Source of the DNA: Callorhinchus milii
Taxonomy: Eukaryota
Assembly: GCF_018977255.1 (NCBI RefSeq)
Contig: NW_024704743.1
Location: 10,604,001-10,668,000 of the forward strand
DNA: 64,000 nt
Reading direction: 5' to 3'
In this document: positions 34,100 to 46,570 of the stretch, piece by piece
Layout of the letters: each line of letters begins with the position of its first letter
Numbering within the stretch: the stretch's first letter is position 1
The notes under the pieces: generated by a model
The model's database searches: none
What the model saw: the letters and a program-made list of their open reading frames with translations, nothing else
What the model was told of the DNA's origin: nothing
Made by a program: the position numbers and the translations under genes

Positions 34100-35300
34100 G
34101 TAGAATTATACAGCACAGAAGCAGGCAATTCGGCCCATCATGTCTGTGACAGCTCTTTGAAGAGAGGTATCCAAATCCACCGCGCTCCCCCCATAGCCCT
34201 GCAAACTTGTCCTCCCCAAATAATTATCTATTTCTCTCTTAAAAGTTGTTATCGAATCGGCTTCCACCATCACTTTCAGGCAACGCATTCCAGATCCAAA
34301 CAACTCACCATATGAAAAAAAAATTCCTCATCTCCCCTCTGTTTCTTTCAACAACTATTTTAAGTTGGTGCCCTTGCGTTACTGACCCATCCACCAGTGG
34401 AAATAGTTTCTCCTTGTTCACCCTATTAAATCCCCTCTTAATTTTGAAAACGTCTATTAAGTCTCCTCTTAACTTTCTCTCCTCCAAGGAGAATAATCCT
34501 CACTTCTCTAGTCTCTCTTGATAACTGAAGTCTCTCATTCCTGGTACCATTCTGGTAAATCTCCTTTGCACCGTCTTCAATGTCTTGACATCCTTCCTGA
34601 AGTGTGGTGCCGAGAACTGAACACAGTACTCTAGCTGAGGCCTAACCAGTGTTTTATAAAAGTTCATCATAACTTCCTGACTTTTGTATTCTGTGCCCCT
34701 ATTTATAAAGCCTAGTGTCCGTATGCATTTATAACAGCTCTATCTACCTGTACTGCCACCTTCAAAGATTTACTTATATGAACCCCAGGTCTCTCTGTCC
34801 CTTCACCCCTTTTAAGATCGTACCATCAGCTTATATTGCCTCTCCTCATTCTTCCTCCCAAAATGCATCACTTCACATTTCTCCACATTAAACTTCATTT
34901 GCCACGTGTCTGCCCATGTTACCAGTCTGTCTATGTCTCTTTGCAATATTCTACTATCCTCCTCACTGTTTACTGCTTTTCCCAGCTTTCCCATCTGCAA
35001 ACTTGGAAATTGTACTCCCTATACCTGAATTTTGGAGAGTGCCAATTGCAGCGTGTGTCGATTTTTACATTCTGTCTTAATTTCAAAGCCCATTAAAACC
35101 AGCATCAAAATTTAAGGCTGCAATTAAGAATTGTCTAAAAAATGTATGCTCTGAAATACAAAGAAAAAAAATTGTAGTCCTTATACCCAAGACCAGGTCA
35201 TTTATATAGATCAAAAAGAGCAGTGGTCCCAATACTGGTTCCTGAGGTACACCACTGCACACTGCACCTCCAATCGGAAAAACAACCGTTCACCACAACT
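34100..35300 (-). mobile_element. CR1 LINE 3' ~1.1 kb, with a ~145-bp foreign insert at ~35027-35168
   Basis: LRGDLIDVFKI, WQMKFNVEKC, VVVNGCFSDW in reverse frames; tail at ~34100. Confidence 0.9.
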
Positions 35301-35994
35301 CTATGATATAGTCTGCCTAGTCCTTCAAAATGCACTTCCAAAAAGAATATAATAATAATTCTTGCATTTGCCTTATCACGTTGTAAGAGAAAACAGTCAA
35401 GATATTGCAAAATGTTTGGCAGGATGTATACAACAACACGGTAAATTTATATAGTGTTCTTCACATGGAGAATGGTCTCAGAGTGCTTAGGTGCGATCTT
35501 AAAACAGGTAAAGAGAAGGCAAAACTGAGGGATTGAGGCAGGGAGCTTCTGCCCCTGCTTCAAAGCCAGTGGCCACATTTGTGGTAAATACAAGCTGTCA
35601 GCTCTGAGTATCGTCAGCCACTTGTGCAACTATCATTTTTCAGGTGTCAAAACAGACGTTAATGCAATGTGTTTAGGGCACTATCTGGTTAGACCACCTT
35701 GATCTCGGGAATGAACTTACAGAGATGTACAATACAATTACAATTTACATTTTACGTGATTGGAGGTCTGAAATGTAATATTCGCAAACTGTATTTCTTT
35801 TGTCAATTGTGTCTTAGGGTTTATGAATAACTGACTATGGAAATTGCAAAAAGAGTGAATTGCAAAACTCAGCATGTACAAACGAAAAGGACATCGATAC
35901 AAATATTGAGACAGTTTCTCCCCCACTGGAGTTTTGCTTGCTGGACATTTTTGGTTGGATTTTACCTGCTTGGGGTTTACAATTCATTTTAAGA

Positions 35995-36230
35995 TATCAA
36001 TTTAAGATAGTTAGCATACAAGGCCAAGGGAAGGTTAGGAGACATTTTTTCACACACAGAATGGTTAGGATATAAAATGTCCCGCCAGGAGCAGTTGTTG
36101 AGGCAGAATCCACGTCAGATTTCAGAAGGGAACACGATAGATACCTAAGAAGAAGTGAACTGCAGGGGTTTGGCGAAAGTGCAGGTATATACATTTTTTC
36201 TGTTCTGTAAATGTCTATGGTTCTATGGTT
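35995..36230 (+). mobile_element. CR1 3' end, old
   Basis: KVRRHFFTHRMVRI-like segment; TCTATGGTTCTATGG tail. Confidence 0.65.
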
Positions 36231-36444
36231 CACAAGTCTTGCTGCTAATTTGGCAATCAAAGATTGTCTGGTTATCAAACGATGCATTATCTGGTTATCA
36301 AACGACCTCTGAGTGTGTGAGTGTAATTCATGTAAATGGGCCTCTGTGTGGCTCGACTGATACTGGTGAAGCTTTTTTATTCTTAAAAATCTTTGTTCTG
36401 TCCCACTCTGAGTTACACCTGTATCTCCTCCATTAATATGAAAA

Positions 36445-36775
36445 TAATAATCATCATTATATTTGATGTAGCTCTTTTCACATCAGCTGGACATCTCAAA
36501 GAACTTCAGGTGAATGCAGCAATGAAATTTCACCTAGCAATGTCCCACAAACAGCCAAGAAGTAAATGGCCAATTTTATTTGGGGATTGTTGTCCAGAAT
36601 ACCAAGAGAAACTCCCTTCTCTTTTCGAATTGTGCAATGGGATCTTTAACATCCAACTGAATAGATCCGCAGGATCAGTGTGAACTATGTAACTTCAAAG
36701 TTCCAACATGAGTCTTGAACCCACAACCTTCTGACTCAGATGTGAAAGTGCTACCAACTGAGACGGTCTGACACA
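36445..36775 (-). mobile_element. SINE family B
   Basis: CTTGAACCCACAACCTTCTGACTCAGA…GTGCTACCAACTGAG…CTGACAC head; GGGATCTTTAACATCCA; tail. Confidence 0.75.
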
Positions 36776-38084
36776 CATTTTATTAATTTTGAATCTTTTC
36801 TCCTCCACAGCTCTCTCGTGCACCCCAGAAGCTGATTATAAAATAGCATTGGCAGAGTCCTGGTTGCTGTGTGTCAGCCTTACTTGTTGGTCAGAGAAAA
36901 TGCACGAAGCAGAGAGAAGGAGAGAGAGGAGTAAAAAAAACCACACAAAAATTGTGTATTTTGTTTTCCCTCAAGAATGAGAGTAGTTGCAGCTTTGTGG
37001 GAGGAGAAATTGATAGCTATACCATTCTCTGCTAAAGAGCGGTAGGCTGTATAGTTAGATTCACAAGTCTCTGTGCATTGAGTTACGACTATCAGAGGAG
37101 CAAATTCGGAAAACATTGTCCTTGCCCACCCTTTCATCCACAGATAGATAAGTTCTAATTTGGCACAATGGAACAACATGGAGAACAGGAACACACGCTT
37201 GGAAAAATAATTGGCCCTTTGACTAAAACAAAAATAAAAATAAAATATGACGAGGTTGGATTTATTCACAGTTCTGCCCCGAATACTTCTGCATAATAAT
37301 TTCCAGAAAATCATATTTGACAAGGTTACATAATAACAAGATGTACAAAGAAATAATCCTGAACGGCTTCACACGGACACACTGAGTATGAGGCTGCATG
37401 CGCAGCGGAAACTGTTGAAGTGTGTGCACTGTTGTGTTGAAAACAAAAAACAACCAACACTGCAGGTTTTGTTTAAAGATTGTTTTTTGTACTTTATAAA
37501 ACATGTTGATTCCTGAAGGATATTGATTGTGGGTCATTCCTTTGGTGACTCTTTGGCAATGCATCTTCAGGGTCAAAATTAATGACAAGTATAGTACTGA
37601 ATCTGTTTCAGTTCACGCCTCCTAAACATCCTAATAACAACAGTCCTTGCATTTAAAATCTTTCACATCTAGAAGACATTGCAAAGCACTTTGCAGGATT
37701 TGCTGTTAATTATAGTGACTATTTGCTGGCCAAGACACTCCGTTCTCACTAGGAATAGAGCAATGTCCACCTTTAACGTCCACCCGATCAGGCAGGCGGG
37801 ACCTCATCTCATCTGAACGATGGCACATTTGGCAATGGAGCACCCCCACACTGCTTTAAGGTTTTAGTTTATACCAGTGGTTCTCAAATTAATTATCTTA
37901 GTGGCCTCAGTGTTCGGCTGCAGTTCTAGTTTTTTCTAAAAATATTTGTGAAATCATGTAAAAGAGAAAATATAGATATATGCACATTTCAAATGATTTT
38001 CATTATTTCTGTACATTTCTGTACTGGAGTCCTGTAGCACAGTAGTTGGAGCACTTACCTCTCAAGCAAGAGAACCCGGATTTT

Positions 38085-38680
38085 GGACAGTCAGGGATTT
38101 GGACCCGAGCAGGGTATTGGGATCAGGAGGGGTGGAGGGCAGTGAGGGTAGAAGTAGGAGGGTGGACAAAGGCACTTTTGAAGAGGAGGTTCTTCAGACG
38201 TGCCTTGAATGAGGCAAAGGAGGGAACAAGGTGAAGGGTCTGTGGGATGGAGTGCCAAATGGTGGGGGCAGAGAGGCTGAAGGCCTGATCCCTGATGGCG
38301 GGGCGGGCCGAATGGGGGATGTGGAGCAGGCCGGAGCTTACCAAGCAGAGGGAACCGACAAGATTGATATGGGGTTAGAAAGTCACTGAGGTAGGAAGGA
38401 GCAAGGCCGTGGAGCGCCTTGAAGGTGAGGACAAGGATTTTGAATTCTATCCTCTGGGTGATGGGGGAGAAAGTAGAGCCGGGCGAGGGCAGGGATGATA
38501 GGATCACAGAGCCCGTTGCAGGAAAGGACACAACTTGCAGAGTTCAACAGCTTGTGGAGGGGAGAGTTGGCATAGTGGAGCCCAGATGTAATAAATGTGT
38601 GGATTTGGGCAGTCTTAGAAGAGAAGCAGTAGCAGAGCCGGGAGATGTTGTGGAGGTGGGGGAAGGCAGAGAGGGTCATT
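38085..38680 (-). mobile_element. L2 3' fragment, between a SINE-A head (38026-38085) and a SINE-B 3' half (38683-38930)
   Basis: [25 protein letters not shown] in a reverse frame. Confidence 0.85.
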
Positions 38681-39627
38681 ATACAGATGTTAAAGATCCC
38701 ATGACACTATTTGAAGGGAGAAAGGAGTTTCTCGCAGTGTCCTAGCCAACAATCTCCCAAATAAAATAATTGGTTATTTGCTCCATGGCTGTTTGTGAGA
38801 CATTGCTGTGTACAAATTGGCTGCCAGGTTTGCCCACAAAACACAATCACTGTGCAGTATATCCTATGAAGTGCTTTGGGACATCTTCCTGACATGAAAG
38901 GTGCTATATCAGATGTAGGGATTATTATTATTCATTATTTGCAGAAGATGGCAATGTACCTGCTCCAAAATTGGAAAAAAAATTAAATACAAAGTTTATT
39001 TCCCTGGATGCTGGAGAAGATTAAATGATAATTTGTGTATTTCTTCTACTTGTGCTGCACAATATTGATCAAACAGAGCTTCAAAAAAAACTACACAAGG
39101 TTCAAAACTCAATCTGTGCTGAGATAGCCGGGGCTACAACTAAAAAAAATTGTTTTTCTAGCTGTTACACAGAAGATAAAACATGAATACTTTGAGGGCT
39201 CAAAAGGTGTTCCCATCCCCACAGGATTAATTATTTTCCTAGAGCAGTTTTTAGAATAATAGGATTGCAAAGTGTGTGTGACCTGCGCTAACTTGCGGTT
39301 TGGCCTGTATGGGCGATCACACCATAAAACACAAAGAGTGAGTGCACACACTACAGTCGAAACCTGACCATCCAATATTTTATATGCAGCTTATTTTTTA
39401 GACATAAGCAAACAGGTTCCTTTGATTCTGTTACCCCTAGGCTACAGAACAAAAAAATGCACTAGTCCATCCTGTTTAGCAAAGACATGTCACATATTAT
39501 AAATAGAAGGTGTTGCAAGCAGCATTTTGAAATTAAAAGCACATCTGTATTTTTGTCCCCCATTTCCATTTTCCTCTTTTTTCTCTCTCTTTTTGGAAGA
39601 CTTTGGACTAACGCACCACTCAAAAAG

Positions 39628-40700
39628 AGAACAACAACAACAAAATTACATTTGTATAGCGCCTTTCATGTCGGGAGGATGTTCCAAGGCGCTGGACAGA
39701 CAGAGTTTTGGACCCGAGCTAGGGGTTAGGGTTGGGAGGGTGGAGGGCAGGGGGGAAGCAGGGAAATCGAAAGCACGGTCGAAGAGGAGGGTTTGAGATG
39801 GGTCTTGAAGGAGGCAAGGGAGGAGGTGAGGCAGAGTGACTGTGGCATGGAGATCCAGAGGGTGGGGGCAGAGTGGCAGAAGGCCCACACGCCAATAGTG
39901 GGGTGAGTGAGGTGGGGGACGTAAAGCAGGGTGGGGCCTGTCCACCTCAGGTGAGGATGGGGGTAATAGGGTCACGGAGCCTGGTGTGGGAGAGGATGCA
40001 GGTTGCAGAGTTCTGGATGATCTGCAGCCTATAGAGGGAGGACCTGGGGAGGCCGACAAGCAATGAGTTTGCATAGTCAAGCCTTGATGTGATGAAAGCA
40101 TGTATGAGGGTTTTGGCAACCTGCGGTGTGAGACAGTGGCGGAGCCGGGTGATGTTGCGGCGGTGAGGGAAGGCAGAGTGGGTCATGGCGCAGATGTGGG
40201 GTAGAAAGGATAGTTGAGGGTCAAACAAGATGCCAAGGTTCCGGACTGGCTTAGTGAGGTGGAGTGTGCCAACCATGGATGGTGATGCTGTCAACGCCTG
40301 AGGTGAGGAGGGTTCCTGGGTGAGTTGTAGTGTGCAACCATGGAGGTTGATGCTGCCAGAGCCTGAGGTGCAGAGGCGCTGGTGCGACCCAATCAGGAGG
40401 ACCTCAGTCTTGTTCACATTCAACTGTAGGAAATTTGCCCTCATCCAGGACTTGATGTCTGACAGGCAGTCTGTCAGGACAGCAGTGCTCCTGGAGTTGA
40501 GGGTGGAGGCAGAAAGATAGAGTTGGGTGTCAACCATTGGAAGTTGACCCCAAGCCTGCGGATGATGTCACCAAGGGGGAGCATGTAGATATTAAAGAGG
40601 AGAGAGCCACTGACAGAGCGTTGGGGGGACGCCAGACATGACAATGCGGGGGCTGGAGGAGAAACCTGGAGGAGACAACAAAGTGGATATGATGAGAGAG
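39628..40700 (-). mobile_element. L2 3' ~1.1 kb, decayed, with an internal ~75-bp duplication
   Basis: DTQLYLS…FLQLNVNKTE…RNLGILFD; (CAA)n tail. Confidence 0.88.
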
Positions 40701-40999
40701 ATAGGATTCGATCCAGGCAAGGGCAGGTCTGTGAAGATTATGCGTAATCTGATTATGTGTAATCTAAGTCCGTGTGTAAGATCTGATTTACCTCTCCTTT
40801 GAAGCAACATTTATCTTCGTCTCTGAAATTACACCGAAACCAGCCCGATAAAATCTACTCACATTCCTGTGGATTGTCAGATGCCATCAGTTAGCTTTTA
40901 CTCACAATCAGGGATAGAATAGGGTTGCAGTAAGCATTTCTGCACAGAATAAATGTGTCAAGCATTTTCTTAATTATCTGAGTGCACATATCATTGAGC

Positions 41000-41900
41000 A
41001 ACATCAACAACAACAACAAAAATACATTTATAGAGCACCTTCATATTGGAGGACATCCCAAGGATCTGGACAGTTAGGAATCAGGACCCGAGCATGGGGG
41101 AGGGGTGGGATAGGGGTAAGTGAAGGCATGGAGGTGGGAAGGTAACTGAAGGCACGATCGAAGAGGAGGGTCTTGAGACTGGCTTTGAAGGAGGCAAGGG
41201 AGGAAGTGAGTCAAAGGAACTGTGGGATGGGGTCCTGGAGTGTGTGGGCAGAGAGGCTGAATTCCCGAGTTCTGGCAGGAGACATGGAGCAGGCCGGATC
41301 CCGCAGAACGGAGGGAGCGGGCAGGTTGGTAGGGAGTCAGCAGGTCAGAGAGGTAGGCGGGGGCAAGGCCATGGATGGCCTTGAAAGTGAGGATGAGGAT
41401 CGTGAATTCTATCCTCTGTGGGATGGGGAGCCAGTGAAGTCGGGTGAGGGTGGGAGTGATGGGGTCATGGAGCCTGGTGTGCAAGAATACACGAGCTGCA
41501 GAGTTTTGGATGATCTGCAGCTTGTGAAGGGAATAGTTTGGAAGGCCGTTGAGGAGGGAGTTTCCATAATCGAGCCTTGATGTGACGAATGCGTGGGTGA
41601 GGGTTTTGGCAGCCTGAGGGGTGAGGCAGTGGCGGAGTCTGGCAATGAGGCAGTGTGAAAGGTAGGACCTGAACCAGTCAAGGACAGAACATTGAAGGTT
41701 GAAGTAGGAAGAGAGGTGGTAGAGGAGAATTGAGTGGTCCACAGTCTCAAAGGTGGCGGAGAGGTCGAGGAGGACGTGGAGGCAGAGGGAGCCTGTGGGC
41801 AGCATGGAAACCCGATTGGAGGGATTCATGGAGGGAGTGGGAGGAGAGGAAAGAGCGAAGGTGGGAGGTGACGGCTCCCTCAAGGACCTTAGACAGAAAA
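41000..41900 (-). mobile_element. L2 fragment, internally deleted
   Basis: LLDLSATFETVDH…WFRSYL joined directly to IARLRHCLT…LHWLPI; tail at ~41000. Confidence 0.88.
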
Positions 41901-42114
41901 GAAAGCAAGAGCTTTACTCAGAAAAATAATTGTTTATGTGTAATTATCATATATTCTGTGCCGTAGAAATTTACGACAGAGAAGAAGCCCATTCGGCCCA
42001 TACTTGAGGGAGAAGGGAATAGAGGAGCACAGGAGAGGGGTTTAAGAGAGGTGGAGGTTTGTGTGAAGTATAAAAACCGACATGGACTAAATGGCCTATG
42101 TCGTTGACGTATCA

Positions 42115-42783
42115 TCTATACTAATAAAGACGAAATGTCTGTCTGTGTTCAGTGTATCTGTCCACCAATAACCGATTAACATAGAGACATGATTTACACC
42201 TCATCGGAAATATCTTGTATGTGGGAGCGTCATGGCATTTTTTTTTCAGGATCTGCTATCGTTGATGAGCTATATTTAAAAAATGCTTTAATTAAAGCCC
42301 AAAATATGAGGTATATGTGGTATTTTGCAATAAATTAGCAACTGAGGAAATCACACAACCCTAGAGAGATACATCTATAGGAATGCATTCTGCAACAAAG
42401 TAGCAACAGAAAAAAACTATGACCTCCAAGCTCATCACAAATGTATGCACTTCAACAAGGAGAGCTCCCAACAGGAGTCCACCCAACAAGTGTCCTCCCA
42501 CAGGAGTCCTACTAACAGGAGTTCTCCCAACCAGGAGTCCTACCAACAGAAGTCCTCCCAACCAGAAGTCTTCCCACAGGAATCCTCCCACTGAGACCTC
42601 TCACTGAATACTCCCAATTGGAGTCCTCCCACAGGAGTCCTCCTAAAAGGTATCCTCCCACTGAGTCCTCCCATGTGAGTCTAGATAAACACTGAATGTT
42701 TCTCTGTGTGTCTGTCTGTGTGCTCTGTCTACATTCCATATTGGATCTTTTGGTTGCAAGTGAAGCTGCAATGGTACAGCTAG
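42115..42783 (+). mobile_element. Non-autonomous Helitron (669 bp)
   Basis: 5' A|TCTATACTAATAAAG; 3' ACAGCTAG|T; subterminal hairpin TTGCAAG-TGAAG-CTGCAA (42754-42771) 8 nt before CTAG; no TSD. The flanks rejoin into a CR1-like tail. Confidence 0.75.
42456..42680 (+). repeat. Minisatellite, ~14-15-bp unit (CAGGAGTCCTCCCAA-like), roughly 15 copies, inside the Helitron
   Basis: Repeated GGAGTCCTCCCA / GAAGTCCTCCCA variants. Confidence 0.85.
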
Positions 42784-42839
42784 TTCTATATAATAATCCT
42801 TGCATTTGTATATTTGTTCAATGGTCATATATTATTGCT

Positions 42840-43130
42840 ACTCGAATGCCCACTCACAGGTCAAACCACTCATCTCCAGTGTCATTCTCGTAAATATCCT
42901 CTGCACCTCCTCTATAACCTTGATGTCTTTCCTAAAGTGAAGTGAACAACACTGGATACAATATTCTAACTGAGATCTAACTAAGATTCATATATGTTTA
43001 GCATTACCTCTTTGCTTTCATGTTCTTTATCCCTATTTATAAAACCTAGGATTGCATTATTTTTTGACAGCTTTATCCACCTGCCTTTCCACATTTAAGG
43101 ATTTATCCATGTTAACCTCTGTTCCTCTAT
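42840..43130 (-). mobile_element. CR1 ORF2 C-terminal fragment, old
   Basis: CCCTATTTATAAAACCTAGG…ACAGCTTTATCCACCTG is homologous to 15618-15670. Confidence 0.65.
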
Positions 43131-43146
43131 TCCTTTTTGAGCCCAG

Positions 43147-43943
43147 GAATTAGTTTTATTCATCTGAACAAGGTACATTCTTATGGATAGAATCTGCACT
43201 GAAAAGCTCAGACATCGTTTGTATTACGTAATGAACAGAAGATATAGACATCTGCTAATAAAATAAATACCAAAATCACATCTGGTTTAATTATATGATG
43301 GATACAAAGGGGGCATAGTAATAATAATGATGATAGTGCTTGTGTTTAATGTAGTGCTTAGAGAAGTTCACCCTTCGGAACTCCATCCCACATTCCCTTT
43401 GCCTAGCTCTCCCCCCTTACCTCCTTCAAAGCACGTCTCAAGACTGTCCTTTCAGCGCCGTTTCAGTGCCTTGGGACATCCTCCCAACGTGAAAGACGCT
43501 CTATAAATGGAATCTTGTTGTTGTTGTTGTCCTCTTCGATAGCGCCTTTGGCCAACTGTCACGGCCCTCCACCCTCCCTGATCCCAAGCTCTCCCTGCTT
43601 GTTTCCAAATCCCTGACTATGCAGTGCCTTGGTTGTCCTCTTGATGTGAAAGGTGCTGTACAAATATAGTTTTTTAATTGTTTTGTACATCTTTCTGATG
43701 TGAAAGATGCTATGTAAATGTAAATTGTATTGTACTTGTATTTATAGCACCTTTCACTTCTGAAGGACATCTCAAAGTGCTTCATAATATTTTACTGAAA
43801 TGTGTAATGACTGTATCATGTAAACATCCTGGTTGGAGAGGCTACAACAACTCAGACACCTGGGTCTGTGAGGCCAGAGATGCTACCCGCTAAAGGGTGC
43901 TGTATCAATGCAAGTTGTTGTTGTTGTGTATGAATGCAAGTTG
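43147..43943 (+). repeat. Segmental duplication, copy 1 (inverted partner at 63280-64000)
   Basis: Reverse complement of 63280-64000 across unique sequence, an L2 3' end and SINE pieces. Carries an extra ~83-bp L2 tail. Confidence 0.95.
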
Positions 43944-44475
43944 AGCCAATCAGGAGAGCCTCGGTCTTGTTGACGTTCAACTGAAGAAAATTAGCTCTCA
44001 TCCGGGACTGAATGTTCGACAGACATTCTGTCAGGATAGCAGTGGTCCTGGAGTCAAAGGTGGAGGCAGAGAGGTACAGTTAGTTGTCTTCCGCATACAT
44101 GTGGAATTTGACCCCGTGCTTGCGGATGATTTCACCAAGAGGGACCATAGATATTGAAGGGGAGGGGACCAAGGACAGGGCCTGAGGAACACCACACGAG
44201 ATGGTGCGGGGGCTAGAGGAAAATCCGTTTGTGGAGATGAAGTGGAGGCAGTGTGTGAGGTTTGATCTGAATCAGTCAAGAACAGAGCCGTGAAGGTTGA
44301 GGTGAGAGGAGAGGTTTTGGATGAGGATAGAGTGATCGATGGTGTCGCAGGCAGCAGAGAGGTCAAAGAGGACGAGGAGTTAGAGGGAGCCCTGGTTGCA
44401 AATGGACAGAATGTCATTTGTCACTTTGACCAGGGCTGTTTCTGTGCTCTTGTCGGCATGGAAACCTGATTGGAG
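43944..44475 (-). mobile_element. L2 internal RT fragment
   Basis: Homologous to 11600-12120 ([10 protein letters not shown]…HMYAED…FLQLNV). Confidence 0.85.
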
Positions 44476-46324
44476 AAGAAGAAGAAAAGAAAAGAGTTTC
44501 TCCCAATGTCCTGGTCAACAGTCTTGCAGATTTTTTTGAAGTTAGCCTAATGTTTGACAAATGTGAAAACCCATCACTATTATTCAGAATATCCAAACCA
44601 CACTGAGAGTTCAATGTATGTATGCCACATAAATATACATGGAAATTTCTTTGTGTCTGGAAATGGAGTGCACATTCTCTCTCCAGTGGGATGCATAACC
44701 TAATTCCAGAGAGTATTAGATGCAAGTTGGTAAAAACCAAGGCTTGGGGACCCAAAGTGCATGTTGGGGTACTACTGAAGATAACTAGCTAAAATCATGC
44801 AGCTTGCCTTGTGTTTGCCAAAGCACTGTCTGGCAAACTTTGCGCTGCTTTGTCAGCATAGGACTACTTTGGTCTTATCCTGCCTTTGGCTTGCAGAGTT
44901 AACAGGAACTGAACAGGAAGGATGCCTTCCCCCATTGGGAAGAATCACTGGCCCCAGTGACTGTTCCTCCAATTCCAATGAGATAAGTTGGCTGGTCTGT
45001 CATCAGCAGTGCCCTGGAGTACTGCGGATCTGCCTGGTTCCGGCTCTGGAACCATCAGAGAGAATCGACTTAATTCAAAAATTCTGTTACAAGCTCATCT
45101 ACAAGGATACACAACTTTCCCCAACTACCAAGGAAAATAGAGTTATTTGAGAGTTGTAATCTACATTATGACAATGAAGAAAGTAATTTTTTCTATTTAA
45201 TAGTTGCACAAATGCACACCAGATACTCTGTGTTGCAAATACTAATAATGTTCAGTTCACAGGCAATGTGAACATTTTTGTGTTCATATCTATTGTGGTA
45301 AATTCCTTTCGGATGTTAAACGAAGGTCCCGTCTGCCTGTTCAGATGGACATTCAAGATCCCATGGCATTATTTGAAAAGAGAAGGGAGTTTCTCCTGGT
45401 ATCCTGGCCAACAATTCTCCAGATTAAGTTAATCATTCACACAGTATAATAATATAATTCAATAATAATAATAACCCTTGGATTTGACATAATGACTTTC
45501 ACATCAGAAGGATGTCTCAAAGCACTTCAAAGGATTCTACTAGTAAGTGTTGTGACAGTGTATTTTATAGTCAAACATGGCAGCCAATTTGTGTGCAGCA
45601 ATGTCTCACAAACAGCCAACAAGGGAATGACCAATCTTGATCATGGGGGATTCATTCTGTTGTTTGCAGAACATTGCTGTGCACAAATTAGCTACCATGT
45701 TAGCTTACAAGTACACAGTCACTACACTTTACCGTAAAATCCTGTGAAATGCTTCAAGACATTTCAACAACCTGACAAGGTTCTATAGCAAATGAAGGAC
45801 TAGTTTTATTAAACTATTTATGAAAAAAAAACTGGAAACACTGTTGTAAATCAAACAGGCGTTTGCTGGACTGTAATGTAAGCATAGTCCACCCTCATTA
45901 TAACACTATACTACAGGATTGAGCATTTTACACAACCTAATGAGCTGCTTCTTTTAATGAATATCCAGGAATATATTATAAAATATAACGCGAAAAACCT
46001 AGAAGCAGAGGAATTACAACAGAAAGAAATTGATGGAGCAAACTATAATGAGATTTATAATGAATGTGTGGTGGAGGTCAGGAATTGCAGAAACCATGTT
46101 TGAATCATACTATAACTAGGCTCACAAATGTGCTACAATTTTTCAATTGCTGATCAATTATGCTAATGTCCTACCTTTTCTTAAATACTCCTAATATTTA
46201 TGTACTATTTTTGGCCGCAGTTAATCTCCATGGCGATTTCAAGGAAGATGAGTTGGGTGTTAGAGAAGTGAACTGTGAGCAACTATTAGGAAGCCTGGAC
46301 CCTTCAATCTTGAAAGAAGACATA

Positions 46325-46570
46325 TAATATAATAATAATAATCCTTGCATTTGATATAGCGCTTTTTCACGTCTTCTAGATGTCTCAATGTGCTTCACTG
46401 AATATACTGTAAAGTGAATTGACTGTATATTTTGTGTGTGAATTGCAGCTGCCAATTGCGCACAGTAGTGTCCCACAAACAGTGGTGGATTGAAGTGACC
46501 AATTTATTATTTTTTTTCATTGAGGGATTATTATCAGGCGTATGGAGTGAGGAAAGTTGCCCAAGGTTTC
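46325..46570 (-). mobile_element. SINE family A (short variant), head missing
   Basis: (TAA)n tail, Deu-like segment, TTATCAGGCG…GGAAAGTTGCCCAAGG. Confidence 0.8.

Noticed and set aside
42456..42680. CRISPR-like array
   Set aside because: Contiguous degenerate units with no unique spacers, in eukaryotic DNA; it is a minisatellite.
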